Assembly (NCBI GenBank): GCA_028822845.1
Contig: JAPKCS010000002.1
Location: 4,916-68,915 of the forward strand
DNA: 64,000 nt
Direction of reading: 5' to 3'
Source: Candidatus Poseidoniaceae archaeon
GTDB taxonomy: Archaea > Thermoplasmatota > Poseidoniia > Poseidoniales > Poseidoniaceae
Shown: positions 17,826-27,058 of the stretch, one piece after another
Position numbering within the stretch: position 1 is the stretch's first letter
Layout: every line of letters starts with the position of its first letter
Program-made: the position numbers and the translations under genes
The notes under the pieces: generated by a model
Told to the model about the DNA's origin: nothing
What the model saw: the letters and a program-made list of their open reading frames with translations, nothing else
The model's database searches: none

Positions 17826-19748
17826 TCAGCGGCCCCAGAAGTGATTTTCCTTCCGGTGCAATCGAATTAATTCATCAAGAATTTCCTGTTCGATGGGATT
17901 GAGATCAATTTTTTTGAGTCGCTTTGCGTGCATTTCAGGGACATCAACATAGAATTCGTCCAATTCCTCGATGTGTCGCCCAACCGTTGGGCCCTTGATC
18001 GCTACCGCCACCTCGTCGCCTTGATTTGCTTCTTTGACTTCCTCTGATTCTCTGGTACGTAGGCTCTTGATTTGGCCAACGGGGGTGCCATCGAGCTTCA
18101 TCAGACGTTGTCCGATGTGAACACGCCCGCCAATGACTCGCATGCCGACGATGGCAGGGCCCTTTGCTCGGAATGTGTGATCCTTCAGATAGAGCAGCCG
18201 ACCAGGGTAGACAAGCGACTCGCGAAGTTCAGCAGCAAGCCGCTCTGCGGTTTCTTCCCGCCATGCTTCGTAAGCATCGAGCACGTGATAGATGATGCTG
18301 CCAGTGAAGAATTTGATATCTGAATCTTCGGCCTGGAGTTGTTCTGCAACTTCCGTGTTGCCTTTGACCGAAAACCCGAGGATCACCTTGTTGAGTGGAT
18401 CTTGAGCAGAATGTGCCATCAGGATGTCACGCTTGTTGACGGGGCCAACTGTGGCTTGGCGCACGGGGATTTTTAATTTGGCCAATTCGAAACCAAGTGC
18501 CTCCAATCCACCAACGGTGTCCGCCTTGATGACGACGCCCTTGCGTTCCTCTTCTGCACCTCTGCAGGGTCCCTTTTTGGTGTGGTCTTTGAATTGGACC
18601 CGTGGGAACACTTCTGAGCATTTCGAACACATGATTGGCATGGTGTCGAAAATAGCACGCCATTCTTTGCGAATAGCGGCTTCTGCGTTGGTTCGCTCTT
18701 CAGGAGTGTTCGCAAGGTAGAGCGTGGTCCCTGGAATTGTGTTTTCTAAATTCGGTGCAACGATTTTGACACCGCAAGCAGCCTCGACCCGATCAAAGTT
18801 GACCCAGCGCTTTCCAGCATCTCGCATTTCAGCCATGCCCTTCGGACGCTTGAGTCCCTTGATGTGGGTCGAAAAGGGTCCATCGTTGGCTGCGAGCATG
18901 ATGGTGTCACCAACGTTGAGATCACCTCGGTAGAGGATGACATCGATGGTTTTCCCCATGCCAATCTCCTCTCGCATTTCCAAAACGGTTCCTTCCGCAG
19001 CGCCGAGGGTGTCGGTGAGTCGGTCTTCGAGGAAACGTTCAGCCAAGCCGACGGTAACGGCAAGAAGGTCTTGCAAACCTTCACCGTCTTTTGCCGACAT
19101 TGGCACAAAGGCTACATTTTGACGGAAGTCACGGATTTGGTCGTACCGTTCGATGTTGAAACCATGCTCCGAAAATTGACTAAGCATCTTCCAATACCGA
19201 TCTTCGAACAGGGATTGGACGTCTTCGCGTTGCTCTTTGAACGAATCCATGAACGAACGACCAGATGTTGTTCGCCAACCGTGTATTCGGTCGATCTTAT
19301 TTCCGGCAATGACGAATGGAGTGCGTGTTTCTTTGAGGGTTTTGAGGCTCTCGATGGTTTGAGGCCGGAGCCCTTCCATGATGTCAACGACAAGGATTGC
19401 AATATCAGACACTGAGCCACCACGGTTCCTCAAACTGACGAAGGAGTGGTGCCCAGGCGTGTCGATAAACAGCAATCCGGGTGACTTGAATTTCTTTCCG
19501 CCAAGCATGGCTTCGCAGGTTTTGTTGAGCACATCAGCAGGCACCTCAGTGGCACCGATGTGTTGGGTGATGCCGCCAGCTTCACGGTTCATCACGCTGG
19601 CTTGACGTTCGCTACCAACGGAACGAACCAAATCGAGGACGCTGGTTTTCCCGTGGTCAACGTGACCGAGAACGGAAACAATTGGCTGGCGGTTATGGCC
19701 TCGCTCAATGGTGCTCTCATCTGGAGAATCCGGTTCGGTTTCGTCCAT
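17826..19748 (-). CDS. infB: Translation initiation factor aIF5B (IF-2)
   Basis: RQPIVSVLGHVDHGKT, EAGGITQHIGA, FIDTPGH, NKID; GGTGA SD before ATG 19748. Confidence 0.96.
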   Translation of the reverse strand: MDETEPDSPDESTIERGHNRQPIVSVLGHVDHGKTSVLDLVRSVGSERQASVMNREAGGITQHIGATEVPADVLNKTCEAMLGGKKFKSPGLLFIDTPGHHSFVSLRNRGGSVSDIAILVVDIMEGLRPQTIESLKTLKETRTPFVIAGNKIDRIHGWRTTSGRSFMDSFKEQREDVQSLFEDRYWKMLSQFSEHGFNIERYDQIRDFRQNVAFVPMSAKDGEGLQDLLAVTVGLAERFLEDRLTDTLGAAEGTVLEMREEIGMGKTIDVILYRGDLNVGDTIMLAANDGPFSTHIKGLKRPKGMAEMRDAGKRWVNFDRVEAACGVKIVAPNLENTIPGTTLYLANTPEERTNAEAAIRKEWRAIFDTMPIMCSKCSEVFPRVQFKDHTKKGPCRGAEEERKGVVIKADTVGGLEALGFELAKLKIPVRQATVGPVNKRDILMAHSAQDPLNKVILGFSVKGNTEVAEQLQAEDSDIKFFTGSIIYHVLDAYEAWREETAERLAAELRESLVYPGRLLYLKDHTFRAKGPAIVGMRVIGGRVHIGQRLMKLDGTPVGQIKSLRTRESEEVKEANQGDEVAVAIKGPTVGRHIEELDEFYVDVPEMHAKRLKKIDLNPIEQEILDELIRLHRKENHFWGR

Positions 19749-19783
19749 ATCATCACCTTTTGAACCCCGCATCGGGGTGGTAC

Positions 19784-20230
19784 TCACTCGTAGACCCAAG
19801 CGGTGATCGTTTGATCCCATTCCATCAGGCCCTCTGGGAACCATAGGCCGAGCTCGAAGGCTGCGGTTTCGGGAGCATCAGAGCCGTGAATCATGTTGAA
19901 GCCCATGTCCATGCCAAAGTCGCCTCGGATGGTTCCTGGGTTTGCTTCGCGACCATTGGTTGCTCCGATGAGGGTGCGTGCTACGGTGATGGCGTCTTTG
20001 CCAGACCAAGCCATACAGACAACAGGGCCAGAGGTTACGAATTTGATGAGCCCGGGGTAGAATGGGCGTTCATTGTGAACTTCGTAGTGGGTTTCTGCGA
20101 TCTCTTGGCTGGGGACGACGGATTTCAGACCGACGAGTTTGAGCCCTTTTCGCTCAAATCTTCCCATAATTTCTGCTATTAGTCCTCGTTGTACGCCGTC
20201 AGGCTTGATCATAACATATGTCGTTTCCAT
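19784..20230 (-). CDS. ndk: Nucleoside-diphosphate kinase
   Basis: [26 protein letters not shown]. Confidence 0.97.
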   Translation of the reverse strand: METTYVMIKPDGVQRGLIAEIMGRFERKGLKLVGLKSVVPSQEIAETHYEVHNERPFYPGLIKFVTSGPVVCMAWSGKDAITVARTLIGATNGREANPGTIRGDFGMDMGFNMIHGSDAPETAAFELGLWFPEGLMEWDQTITAWVYE

Positions 20231-20341
20231 GGAGTTCACCAAACCGTCCGACTGGACCCCCCTTTATGAGCCATACGGCCCTTCGGAGTTTTGAGATTGT
20301 CTCCGCTTATGCGGAATGTTTGCTTTATTCAGGAGATGAAC

Positions 20342-20533
20342 TCACTGAATACCGCCCTTCACGAAGTGGCGAGTCCACTTGACGCGACGGGAGTTTCGCT
20401 TGAGCTTCAGCATGTTCTTGCGAGCCTTGGAGTTCTTGAACCACATGACGCTTCCGTCACGGCGCACGTACATCATGCCCGTGCCTGGTTCGATCTCTTC
20501 ACCGGAAAAAGTACAGATTCTACGTTCTGGCAT
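20342..20533 (-). CDS. rpl24e: 50S ribosomal protein L24e
   Basis: CTFSGEEIEPGTGMMYVRRDG...VKWT. Confidence 0.96.
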   Translation of the reverse strand: MPERRICTFSGEEIEPGTGMMYVRRDGSVMWFKNSKARKNMLKLKRNSRRVKWTRHFVKGGIQ

Positions 20534-20538
20534 ACACT

Positions 20539-20763
20539 TCACCTCGAGTTGAGCTTACGGGCTTCACGACCGGTGTCTTTCAACATCAAAATGTCGCCGA
20601 CACGTATTGGACCGAGGACGTTGCGGGAGATAATTCGCCCGACGTCTCGTGGATTAGCTGCATCGTTCACACGGACTTTGACTTGAGTTGCTTCGCCGGT
20701 CATGCCAGTACGTCCGACAATTTCGACGACTTCAGCAGGCCATCCGTTGAGTTCTTCGCTCAT
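20539..20763 (-). CDS. rps28e: 30S ribosomal protein S28e
   Basis: [15 protein letters not shown]...[13 protein letters not shown]. Confidence 0.96.
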   Translation of the reverse strand: MSEELNGWPAEVVEIVGRTGMTGEATQVKVRVNDAANPRDVGRIISRNVLGPIRVGDILMLKDTGREARKLNSR

Positions 20764-20787
20764 GTATTTCGCCTCCAAACTTCAGGT

Positions 20788-21159
20788 TCAAGCCTTGAGT
20801 GCGTTAAGCAAATCAACGACTTCGGTGAACTTTTCTTGAGCGCCTTTGGTAATTTCCATGACTGCAATGGATGCTGTCTTCACTCCGTCAGGAAGACCGG
20901 CTTCCTTAGCGAGGTATTCTTGAGAAGGCACGTAGCCGTATGGAATGCCTTTTTCTTCACAAATCAATGGAATGTGGGCAAGGAGTTCAGGTGGGTTGAC
21001 ATCAACTGCGAGAACAATGAATTGGGCAGTACCGCGTTCTGCGGTCTTGGTCACTTCATTGCTGCCCTTCTTCAGGCGGCCAGTGTTGTTGGCTTGCAGC
21101 ATGTCATAGATCTTGTCAGATACTTCTTCAGGTTGTTCAAATCGCACGTGTACACTCAT
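20788..21159 (-). CDS. rpl7ae: 50S ribosomal protein L7Ae
   Basis: KKGSNEVTKTAERG, DVNPPELLAHIPLICEEKGIPY; conserved rpl7ae-rps28e-rpl24e-ndk-infB order. Confidence 0.96.
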   Translation of the reverse strand: MSVHVRFEQPEEVSDKIYDMLQANNTGRLKKGSNEVTKTAERGTAQFIVLAVDVNPPELLAHIPLICEEKGIPYGYVPSQEYLAKEAGLPDGVKTASIAVMEITKGAQEKFTEVVDLLNALKA

Positions 21160-21211
21160 TGGATATCACATCTTCCTCATGTTAAGGCATTCCAAGCGCA
21201 GAACCGCGCGG

Positions 21212-21218
21212 ATATAAA
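21212..21218 (-). promoter_or_regulatory. Putative TATA box of the rpl7ae operon
   Basis: TTTATAT on the minus strand, about 55 nt upstream of the rpl7ae ATG in an otherwise GC-richer spacer. Confidence 0.5.
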
Positions 21219-21306
21219 CACGACGGAAGGATAAGGCAGATCTCAAACAGGGAAACGGTGCAGTAAACAGCCCTATTCATCTTCTTAATCGCCGTACTGA
21301 GTGGTA

Positions 21307-22251
21307 TTAATCCCATTCGAGGGTGGCGAATAATTCCTTGACGCCCCGGGCAAGTGCCGGACCTCCGGATATGACATCGCGGGGGTTGGCGAGGGAGCCG
21401 GTTGCATGGACTCCGTCAACGTAACGAATCAGTCGAGCAATCGCCCCTCCTGTGAACAAACCGTGGGAACACGCGGCGTGAACTTCGATGGCTCCTTGGC
21501 TGCGCAGAGCTTCGGCCGCACGGCAAATGGTTCCCCCTGTTGCAATCATATCATCAACAATGGCGACAATCTTGCCATCAACATCCAAATCCTTGGCTTT
21601 GTGGATGATGGTGTGAGCGTCGATCCGGGTCTTCTCTAGGTATGAGAACTCACAGTCAATGGTTTTGGCAACTTCAGAGGCACGCTCGATGGCCCCTTTG
21701 TCAGGCGAGAGAATAAAGTCAGGATTGACGGTCTCTTGGAGGTGCTTTGCTAATTCAGGCATAGCGGAGGTGAAGGCTACCGGGACGGGAAGGTCCTGGA
21801 GCACTTTAGGTGCATGCAGATCAAACACAATGATGCCATCGCACCGGGAGGCAAGGAGGTGCCCAATGGCCCTCGCCGAAATTGCTTCACCTGGCTTGAA
21901 CCGTTTGTCCTGTCGAGAATATCCGAAATATGGGATGGCAAGCAGGGTTCCGGGGCCTACATCTTCCAATTGTTGAGGTCCAATTTCACGCAAATTGGCT
22001 AAATTGCCTTTGCGTACGTCATTGATTGCCTCCAGCATCAACAATGTTTCGACAATTCCAGAGTCGGGGAATGTGTTTGAGACCAAGACGACGGGTTCTT
22101 TTCGTACGGCGTCGATCACTTCGGACGGAATTCGAATGTAGCCCTCAGAGTCGGGAAAACGCCGAGTTTCGAGGGAGTGATGTTCCCAACCAAGGGTTTC
22201 TGCAAGTTGTGACGCCAAGAGGCGTGCGTTGCTGCCTGACAAGACGACCAT
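21307..22251 (-). CDS. prs: Ribose-phosphate pyrophosphokinase
   Basis: RFPDSEGY, PYFGYSRQD, DLH, PDKGA, IVDDMIATGGT. Confidence 0.95.
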   Translation of the reverse strand: MVVLSGSNARLLASQLAETLGWEHHSLETRRFPDSEGYIRIPSEVIDAVRKEPVVLVSNTFPDSGIVETLLMLEAINDVRKGNLANLREIGPQQLEDVGPGTLLAIPYFGYSRQDKRFKPGEAISARAIGHLLASRCDGIIVFDLHAPKVLQDLPVPVAFTSAMPELAKHLQETVNPDFILSPDKGAIERASEVAKTIDCEFSYLEKTRIDAHTIIHKAKDLDVDGKIVAIVDDMIATGGTICRAAEALRSQGAIEVHAACSHGLFTGGAIARLIRYVDGVHATGSLANPRDVISGGPALARGVKELFATLEWD

Positions 22252-22395
22252 GTTCTCCCTCGTAATGAGCCCCAGCGCCGGACCTTCATGTTCTTTGCGA
22301 GTGATGGAAGGTTGACTATTCACTCCAATTCGGGCAAGATCACTTGGTGTATTGGCTCCCAGTGATGCGGACAAGCCAGAGTATTGTGGAGAGAG

Positions 22396-22469
22396 TGCGC
22401 GAGGCAGGACTTGAACCTGCGGCCTCCCGGTTATCAGCCGGGTGCTCTAACCGACTAAGCTACCCGCGC
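22396..22469 (-). tRNA. tRNA-Ile(GAT)
   Basis: Reverse complement folds as GCGCGGG...CCCGG-CT-GAT-AA-CCGGG...GCAGG-TTCAAGT-CCTGC-CTCGCGC-A. Confidence 0.95.
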
Positions 22470-22545
22470 AACTGCAAACCCGCCGACTCACCCCCCCGTC
22501 ATAAGATTGACGGCGTGGCGAATGTCGGAATCCTTGTGCTTGGAA

Positions 22546-23145
22546 TCACTCGCTTTCGTCGTCCATCTCGTTGATGGTGATGTATGAAGGCAAGGTCAGT
22601 ACCTTGTCGAAGGTTCGAGAGAGCACGACTTCGTCGAGGCGCTCTCGTGTTCGCGAAAAGGCAGTGATTGGGACGCGAAGCTGAGCTTCGACTCCGAATT
22701 CCTTTTGGATGCTGACTCGGGTTTGGACAATGACGCCCTTGTATGTGCGCTTTACTTTGAACAGATCTGTAATGACTCCAATTTCGCGTCCTTGATTGTC
22801 GAGGACAGCTCGGTCAAGCATTTCATCAGGTGCGTACAACTTTTCGTCGATGCGCACGGTGTCTCGCCATCGGCGTTGCAGTTCTCGCATGGATTTCGAT
22901 AGTTTCACAGTTCCATCCGTTCGGATGCTGTGGACCAGTTCTTTTGGCAAAGGTGCCAATTCAGCAGGCTTACGCATAAATTCGTCTGCGATGCCGGCAT
23001 CCACTTGAATCCGCATGGATCGCACACGGGCTTCGTTAGGATGGTGGCGTTCTCCTACGATCGTTCCTACTTTCTTATCATTCACGTACACATCTCTCTG
23101 GAGTAGCTCCTGGATGTCATATTTGTCGTTCGGCATTTTTCCCAT
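22546..23145 (-). CDS. Tandem PRC-barrel domain protein
   Basis: Two PRC-like openings: ELLQRDVYVNDKKVGTI and EMLDRAVLDNQGREIGVITDL. Confidence 0.72.
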   Translation of the reverse strand: MGKMPNDKYDIQELLQRDVYVNDKKVGTIVGERHHPNEARVRSMRIQVDAGIADEFMRKPAELAPLPKELVHSIRTDGTVKLSKSMRELQRRWRDTVRIDEKLYAPDEMLDRAVLDNQGREIGVITDLFKVKRTYKGVIVQTRVSIQKEFGVEAQLRVPITAFSRTRERLDEVVLSRTFDKVLTLPSYITINEMDDESE

Positions 23146-23636
23146 CTCGTTGTGCCGGGGTGTGCCCGACTTATCCTCGCCTTTCCTTGAAGGGCTTTAT
23201 ACTCTTTCCCGATTTTAAAGTGATTTCCAATTGAGTTTGTCGTATAATCGACTTGAGTTCCAATTGAAATTCACACAAACTTTCAATTTTAGCCGATGTC
23301 GTATAATTTTCTTTTCAATATGAATTCATTTCTAATTCTAGGGAGCCAGGGCCTGGATGGTACGTTGGAATATTTTGATCTTCGAATGCTGCTCATTTAA
23401 TCTATATTTCAATTGCAGAGGTGGAAATAACTCAGTGTTGACACAAGGATATTTATTTGAGAATGGGGATTCATTCTGGTTGTTTTATCGTAGGATCGAC
23501 TCAGCTTGATTCAAGAAAGTAAAACAACGATTCCAATTAAAAATTACATTTTCCAATTGGAAACCTGAGTAAATATTTAGTTTCTGATGGCGTATAATTC
23601 TTACATTCCTACAGGTGTGAGAGGTGACATCCTCGA
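23146..23636. other. AT-rich non-coding island with repeats; candidate replication origin or centromere-like locus
   Basis: Longest and most AT-rich ORF-free stretch in the window; TTCCAATTG at about 23225 and 23258, TTTCAATTG at about 23407, TTCCAATTA at 23531, perfect palindrome TTTCCAATTGGAAA 23550-23563; CGTATAAT at 23241, 23300, 23591. Confidence 0.55.
23534..23559. repeat. Paired AATT-palindrome site A (in AT-rich island)
   Basis: CAATTA-AAAATTACATTTTC-CAATTG, 20-bp period. Confidence 0.65.
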
Positions 23637-23669
23637 TTGGTTGATGTGTCAGTGGCGGTTGGTTTGTCC

Positions 23670-24533
23670 ATGCCTCATACCCAAACCGTCCATTTGTGCG
23701 GCGAGGCTTCCTCGCTTACATTCGGTTTGATTGAACGCTTGTTGCGCACGGAAGTGCACATCGTGCTGGAAGATGATCTGCATGAACGGGTGTGTGGTGC
23801 TTATGCGACCGATCTTGAGTACAGGCAAGCGCCGGTGTCCTGTTCAAGCGATGTGGCTTTGGCTTCAGGACACCGTGTGTTCCTGCTGGGTCTTGGGCCA
23901 TTGGCTGGGAGTGCTAAGGCTAGATCACGGTTTGATGTCGATGGTTCAGAGCTTATTCTTGTCACACCCCAGGGCGTGGATGTTCCCGCGGCAATGGATT
24001 GGGTCGATGCTCACGTAACGGTCCATGACATGCTGCCAATGCGCACCGATTCGATCTGGATGCCAACTGCCCTTACCAGCTGGGCTGATGGGATGTCTGT
24101 CGGGAACTTTGCACCTCCCGAAGGTGATGAACACCACTGGTGGGTGAGTGAAATCGATGTTGCAGACGCCCTCGTACGCCTGTCGCTCAGCGCCCAACCG
24201 TTCCCTAAGTCATGCAAGATGTCTGGTCGACGGTCGTGGCCAGTTAAGCAAACCCATGAGGAGTTTCAGTTGTTGTATCAACGGACAATGGCAGGGAAGA
24301 CAGGTGTTTTTGGTGTTCAAGAACTCACGGCAGCTCCAACGCCTCATATTGAACTGCAGTCATTGATGGTCACTGACGCGACGCCGATGAGCATCTCAGT
24401 GAACCGTCAAGACCGTCCCGATTTATCGCCTGTTCACGACGCATTGCATGCCGCAGATGGTGATGGCTGGCGTCCCCTTGTACCGGTTCGCACTGCTCTT
24501 ATGCATTGCCTGGTAGGCTTGCTCGGTGCTTGA
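23670..24533 (+). CDS. Hypothetical protein, possibly a degenerate extended-SDR/epimerase-like fold
   Basis: Long ORF filling the gap; WWVSEIDVADALVRL recalls the epimerase 'vhVxDvAxA' motif; no intact GxxGxxG. Confidence 0.55.
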   Translation: MPHTQTVHLCGEASSLTFGLIERLLRTEVHIVLEDDLHERVCGAYATDLEYRQAPVSCSSDVALASGHRVFLLGLGPLAGSAKARSRFDVDGSELILVTPQGVDVPAAMDWVDAHVTVHDMLPMRTDSIWMPTALTSWADGMSVGNFAPPEGDEHHWWVSEIDVADALVRLSLSAQPFPKSCKMSGRRSWPVKQTHEEFQLLYQRTMAGKTGVFGVQELTAAPTPHIELQSLMVTDATPMSISVNRQDRPDLSPVHDALHAADGDGWRPLVPVRTALMHCLVGLLGA

Positions 24534-25982
24534 TCATACAAGCGTTTGAGCGCCGCCGGCAGGTAGGACCGTCAAATCAGTGACGTTGCCGAAAAGGGTC
24601 GGGCCGGACATGAACGTGCCCATGATTCCGGTGTCGCCACTTGGGTTGTGGGAAAGCGAGAGCCACGGTCGTCCATAGGCATCGATTTGCATGTCAATGA
24701 AGTCTCCAAAGCCACCGCATCGCTCGTAACCACAGGTGGGACTTGCGCTGTCGAGTGGATCATTGCCCGCATTGAGCTGAACCGTTGTGATCAATGGTGT
24801 TTCGTTGAAAGCATCGGTGATCACTGAGATGTAACCATGCCAGATGCCATCGCCTTCGGTACCGATGTAGCCGAAAGCGACCCGGCCGGGGTCGCCAGCA
24901 ATGACCACTGGGAAGCCTGTTCCTTCGAGGTGATCAGGGCCGACCATGATCGCTTCAGACCATGTGTTTGCATCGTCAATGGAGTATGAAAAGTAAGGCA
25001 TGTTGTCGTTGCCCATCCACATGGCATAGACGTTGCTTTCAGTGTCGGTGTCCACTTGTGCCTCTTCTGCGTTCCACGTATCGGCTGTTCCCGATGCCTC
25101 GGTAGGCAAGGGGTGTTCAGACCATGTAAGGGCTCCATCCTCTGTTTTGTACATCGAATAACCGGTGCCTTCACAGCCGATTTGTCCGCGATAGAAGTTT
25201 CCATTATCGGCACCGATCAGGTGGGCCGATAACCCTCCACTTTGGCAATCAACGGGTGCTCCTGGCAGTTCAGGTCCCCATGTGAGTCCACCATCTTGGC
25301 TCTGGGAGCACAAGGGTGCGGGGTAGTTGCCATTGATGCAAAACACCCAGAGGGTCTCATGCAAGATGCCGCCATAGGGTGAGGAAGCAATCGTTTGATG
25401 ATCCTGCACCGAGTAAGATGTAGCGACGGATGGGCCGAACCATGAATCGCCTTCATCATCGCTCCATTCGACGGTCATGCCGAGCAGTGCGTGCATATCG
25501 AACTTCATGATGCGGTCCGTCCAAGGGTCGACATAGACGTAAGGATCATTCGAGTTGGCCACAGGAAGGACGGGGCCGTAGACGTTCTGGCAACTGAAAT
25601 CACTCAAACTTGTCATCTCAATCATGTTGCTGCATTGAACGATTGCGGTCGACCCTGAAGGGCCATTGCCGTAACTCGTGAAGTAGATGTTGTCGGTTGA
25701 GGTGATGCCCATGGTTGGCTCGAAGGTTGAAAACCCAGTGGCATAGTATGTCCCTTCGCTGAAGAAAGGCACATTGCTTCCTCCAAGCGCTGAAGTGTTG
25801 TTCATGGCATTGATTCCACCCGGGTAATGGTACCAGGTGCTGTTGCCCAAACTCTGTTCAAAGGAAAAGAATCCATCGTCTTCATTTTCCATGCCCGTTG
25901 AATCCTCTGTGCCAAAGCAGCCGGCAAGAGGCATAAGGGTCATCAGAGCAGCCATCATCAATGCCATTTGTTTGTTATTCAT
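24534..25982 (-). CDS. Lipoprotein with BNR/Asp-box repeats (sialidase-like beta-propeller)
   Basis: Lipobox PLAGC; Asp-boxes WSDDEGDSW, QSQDGGLTW, KTEDGALTW, YSIDDANTW. Confidence 0.8.
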   Translation of the reverse strand: MNNKQMALMMAALMTLMPLAGCFGTEDSTGMENEDDGFFSFEQSLGNSTWYHYPGGINAMNNTSALGGSNVPFFSEGTYYATGFSTFEPTMGITSTDNIYFTSYGNGPSGSTAIVQCSNMIEMTSLSDFSCQNVYGPVLPVANSNDPYVYVDPWTDRIMKFDMHALLGMTVEWSDDEGDSWFGPSVATSYSVQDHQTIASSPYGGILHETLWVFCINGNYPAPLCSQSQDGGLTWGPELPGAPVDCQSGGLSAHLIGADNGNFYRGQIGCEGTGYSMYKTEDGALTWSEHPLPTEASGTADTWNAEEAQVDTDTESNVYAMWMGNDNMPYFSYSIDDANTWSEAIMVGPDHLEGTGFPVVIAGDPGRVAFGYIGTEGDGIWHGYISVITDAFNETPLITTVQLNAGNDPLDSASPTCGYERCGGFGDFIDMQIDAYGRPWLSLSHNPSGDTGIMGTFMSGPTLFGNVTDLTVLPAGGAQTLV

Positions 25983-27019
25983 GCTTTTTCACCTCGTACA
26001 AAGATATCTGCACCAATCAGTGGAAGAAGGACACTTGCATCCCCTTCGACGCAAACATGAGGGGCTTCAGGGCGCATTTTACCCCACGAGATCGCTTCTC
26101 GTAGGCGGGCGCCTGACAAACTCCCATCGTGTTCGGGTGCGGTTGTAATGTAAACTGCAGAATCAAGTCCGCCACGGTATTGGTTCCACCAAATGACGTG
26201 ATGTTTGGAAATGCCTCCGCCAATCATGAGGGCGTTGGACACACCAACGTCCCATGTCATGTCGCTCATGACCTGTTCGTCGGCGAGGGTATCGATGTGG
26301 AAGTCCCTGTGCTTTTGTCGCAGCATAAACAACTGTGCACCAATCGATCCATCAGTGATGCCTGGGATGACGATGGGAATCTTGTGCTTGTATGCCCAGT
26401 AAATGATTGAGTCAGGGGTGCCAATACGCTTGCCAAGTTCCCATACCAAATGTATGGATCCAAATCCAAGCCAAGCATCAGCTCCTGTTTTTCCGGTTTC
26501 CTTCAAGCGGTCTTGGTACATCTCTTCAAGCACGGGTGTGAGGACCTCTTCGATGATTTCGCCGTAGGACGAATTAGGAACAATCACGTTACCAAGGCGC
26601 ATGAGTGAGTGTTCACCGAGTTCAACATCATCAAGCTCAAACGAGCCGTGATAGTAATGCTTGTGGGAACGGGCGATGTCGTGGTCGAGCATACCGCAGG
26701 TGGTTGAAACAACATTGAACATGCGTTGCTTGAGTGCTTCGACAAAGAACCCACGGGTTCCAGTTGCACACAAACAAGCAGGGAAGGAGAGCCAATTGCA
26801 GACCTTTCCTGAATCCCCGTCCACAGCATCAATTTCCGCTTTCATGTCGAGAATGATGTCCCTGGCCATGGCCAGTTTCGTTGCCGTAAATCCGCCTGCA
26901 GTGGCCATTTGGTCGATCAAGGATTGTGGGTTCGATAATTCATGGAAGGCGTAGTCCACAACCGGGACATCGAACTCATCGGGGTGAATCGCCATAAAAT
27001 GTCCACTTGCGTTCTCCAC
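25979..27019 (-). CDS. dys: Deoxyhypusine synthase
   Basis: GGFTA, RLGNVIVP, PGITDGSIG, IGGGISKHH, DGSLSGARLREAISWGK. Confidence 0.95.
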   Translation of the reverse strand: MENASGHFMAIHPDEFDVPVVDYAFHELSNPQSLIDQMATAGGFTATKLAMARDIILDMKAEIDAVDGDSGKVCNWLSFPACLCATGTRGFFVEALKQRMFNVVSTTCGMLDHDIARSHKHYYHGSFELDDVELGEHSLMRLGNVIVPNSSYGEIIEEVLTPVLEEMYQDRLKETGKTGADAWLGFGSIHLVWELGKRIGTPDSIIYWAYKHKIPIVIPGITDGSIGAQLFMLRQKHRDFHIDTLADEQVMSDMTWDVGVSNALMIGGGISKHHVIWWNQYRGGLDSAVYITTAPEHDGSLSGARLREAISWGKMRPEAPHVCVEGDASVLLPLIGADIFVRGEKA

Positions 27020-27058
27020 ATGAACCTGCCCACCGAGGCCACACCCGTAGGGTGTGCG

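Noticed and set aside
21160-21190. K-turn autoregulatory element in the rpl7ae leader (AUGAGGA...GUGA)
   Set aside because: Box C/D-like words present but flanking stems do not pair convincingly by eye
23236-23263. Possible Xer dif site (TTGTCGTATAA-TCGACT-TGAGTTCCAAT)
   Set aside because: Left arm looks Xer-like but the right arm lacks the required inverted TTAT start; same for the other two copies
23146-23636. CRISPR array or ncRNA in the AT-rich island
   Set aside because: Repeats are only 9-14 bp and irregularly spaced, no cas genes, no convincing GC-rich stems
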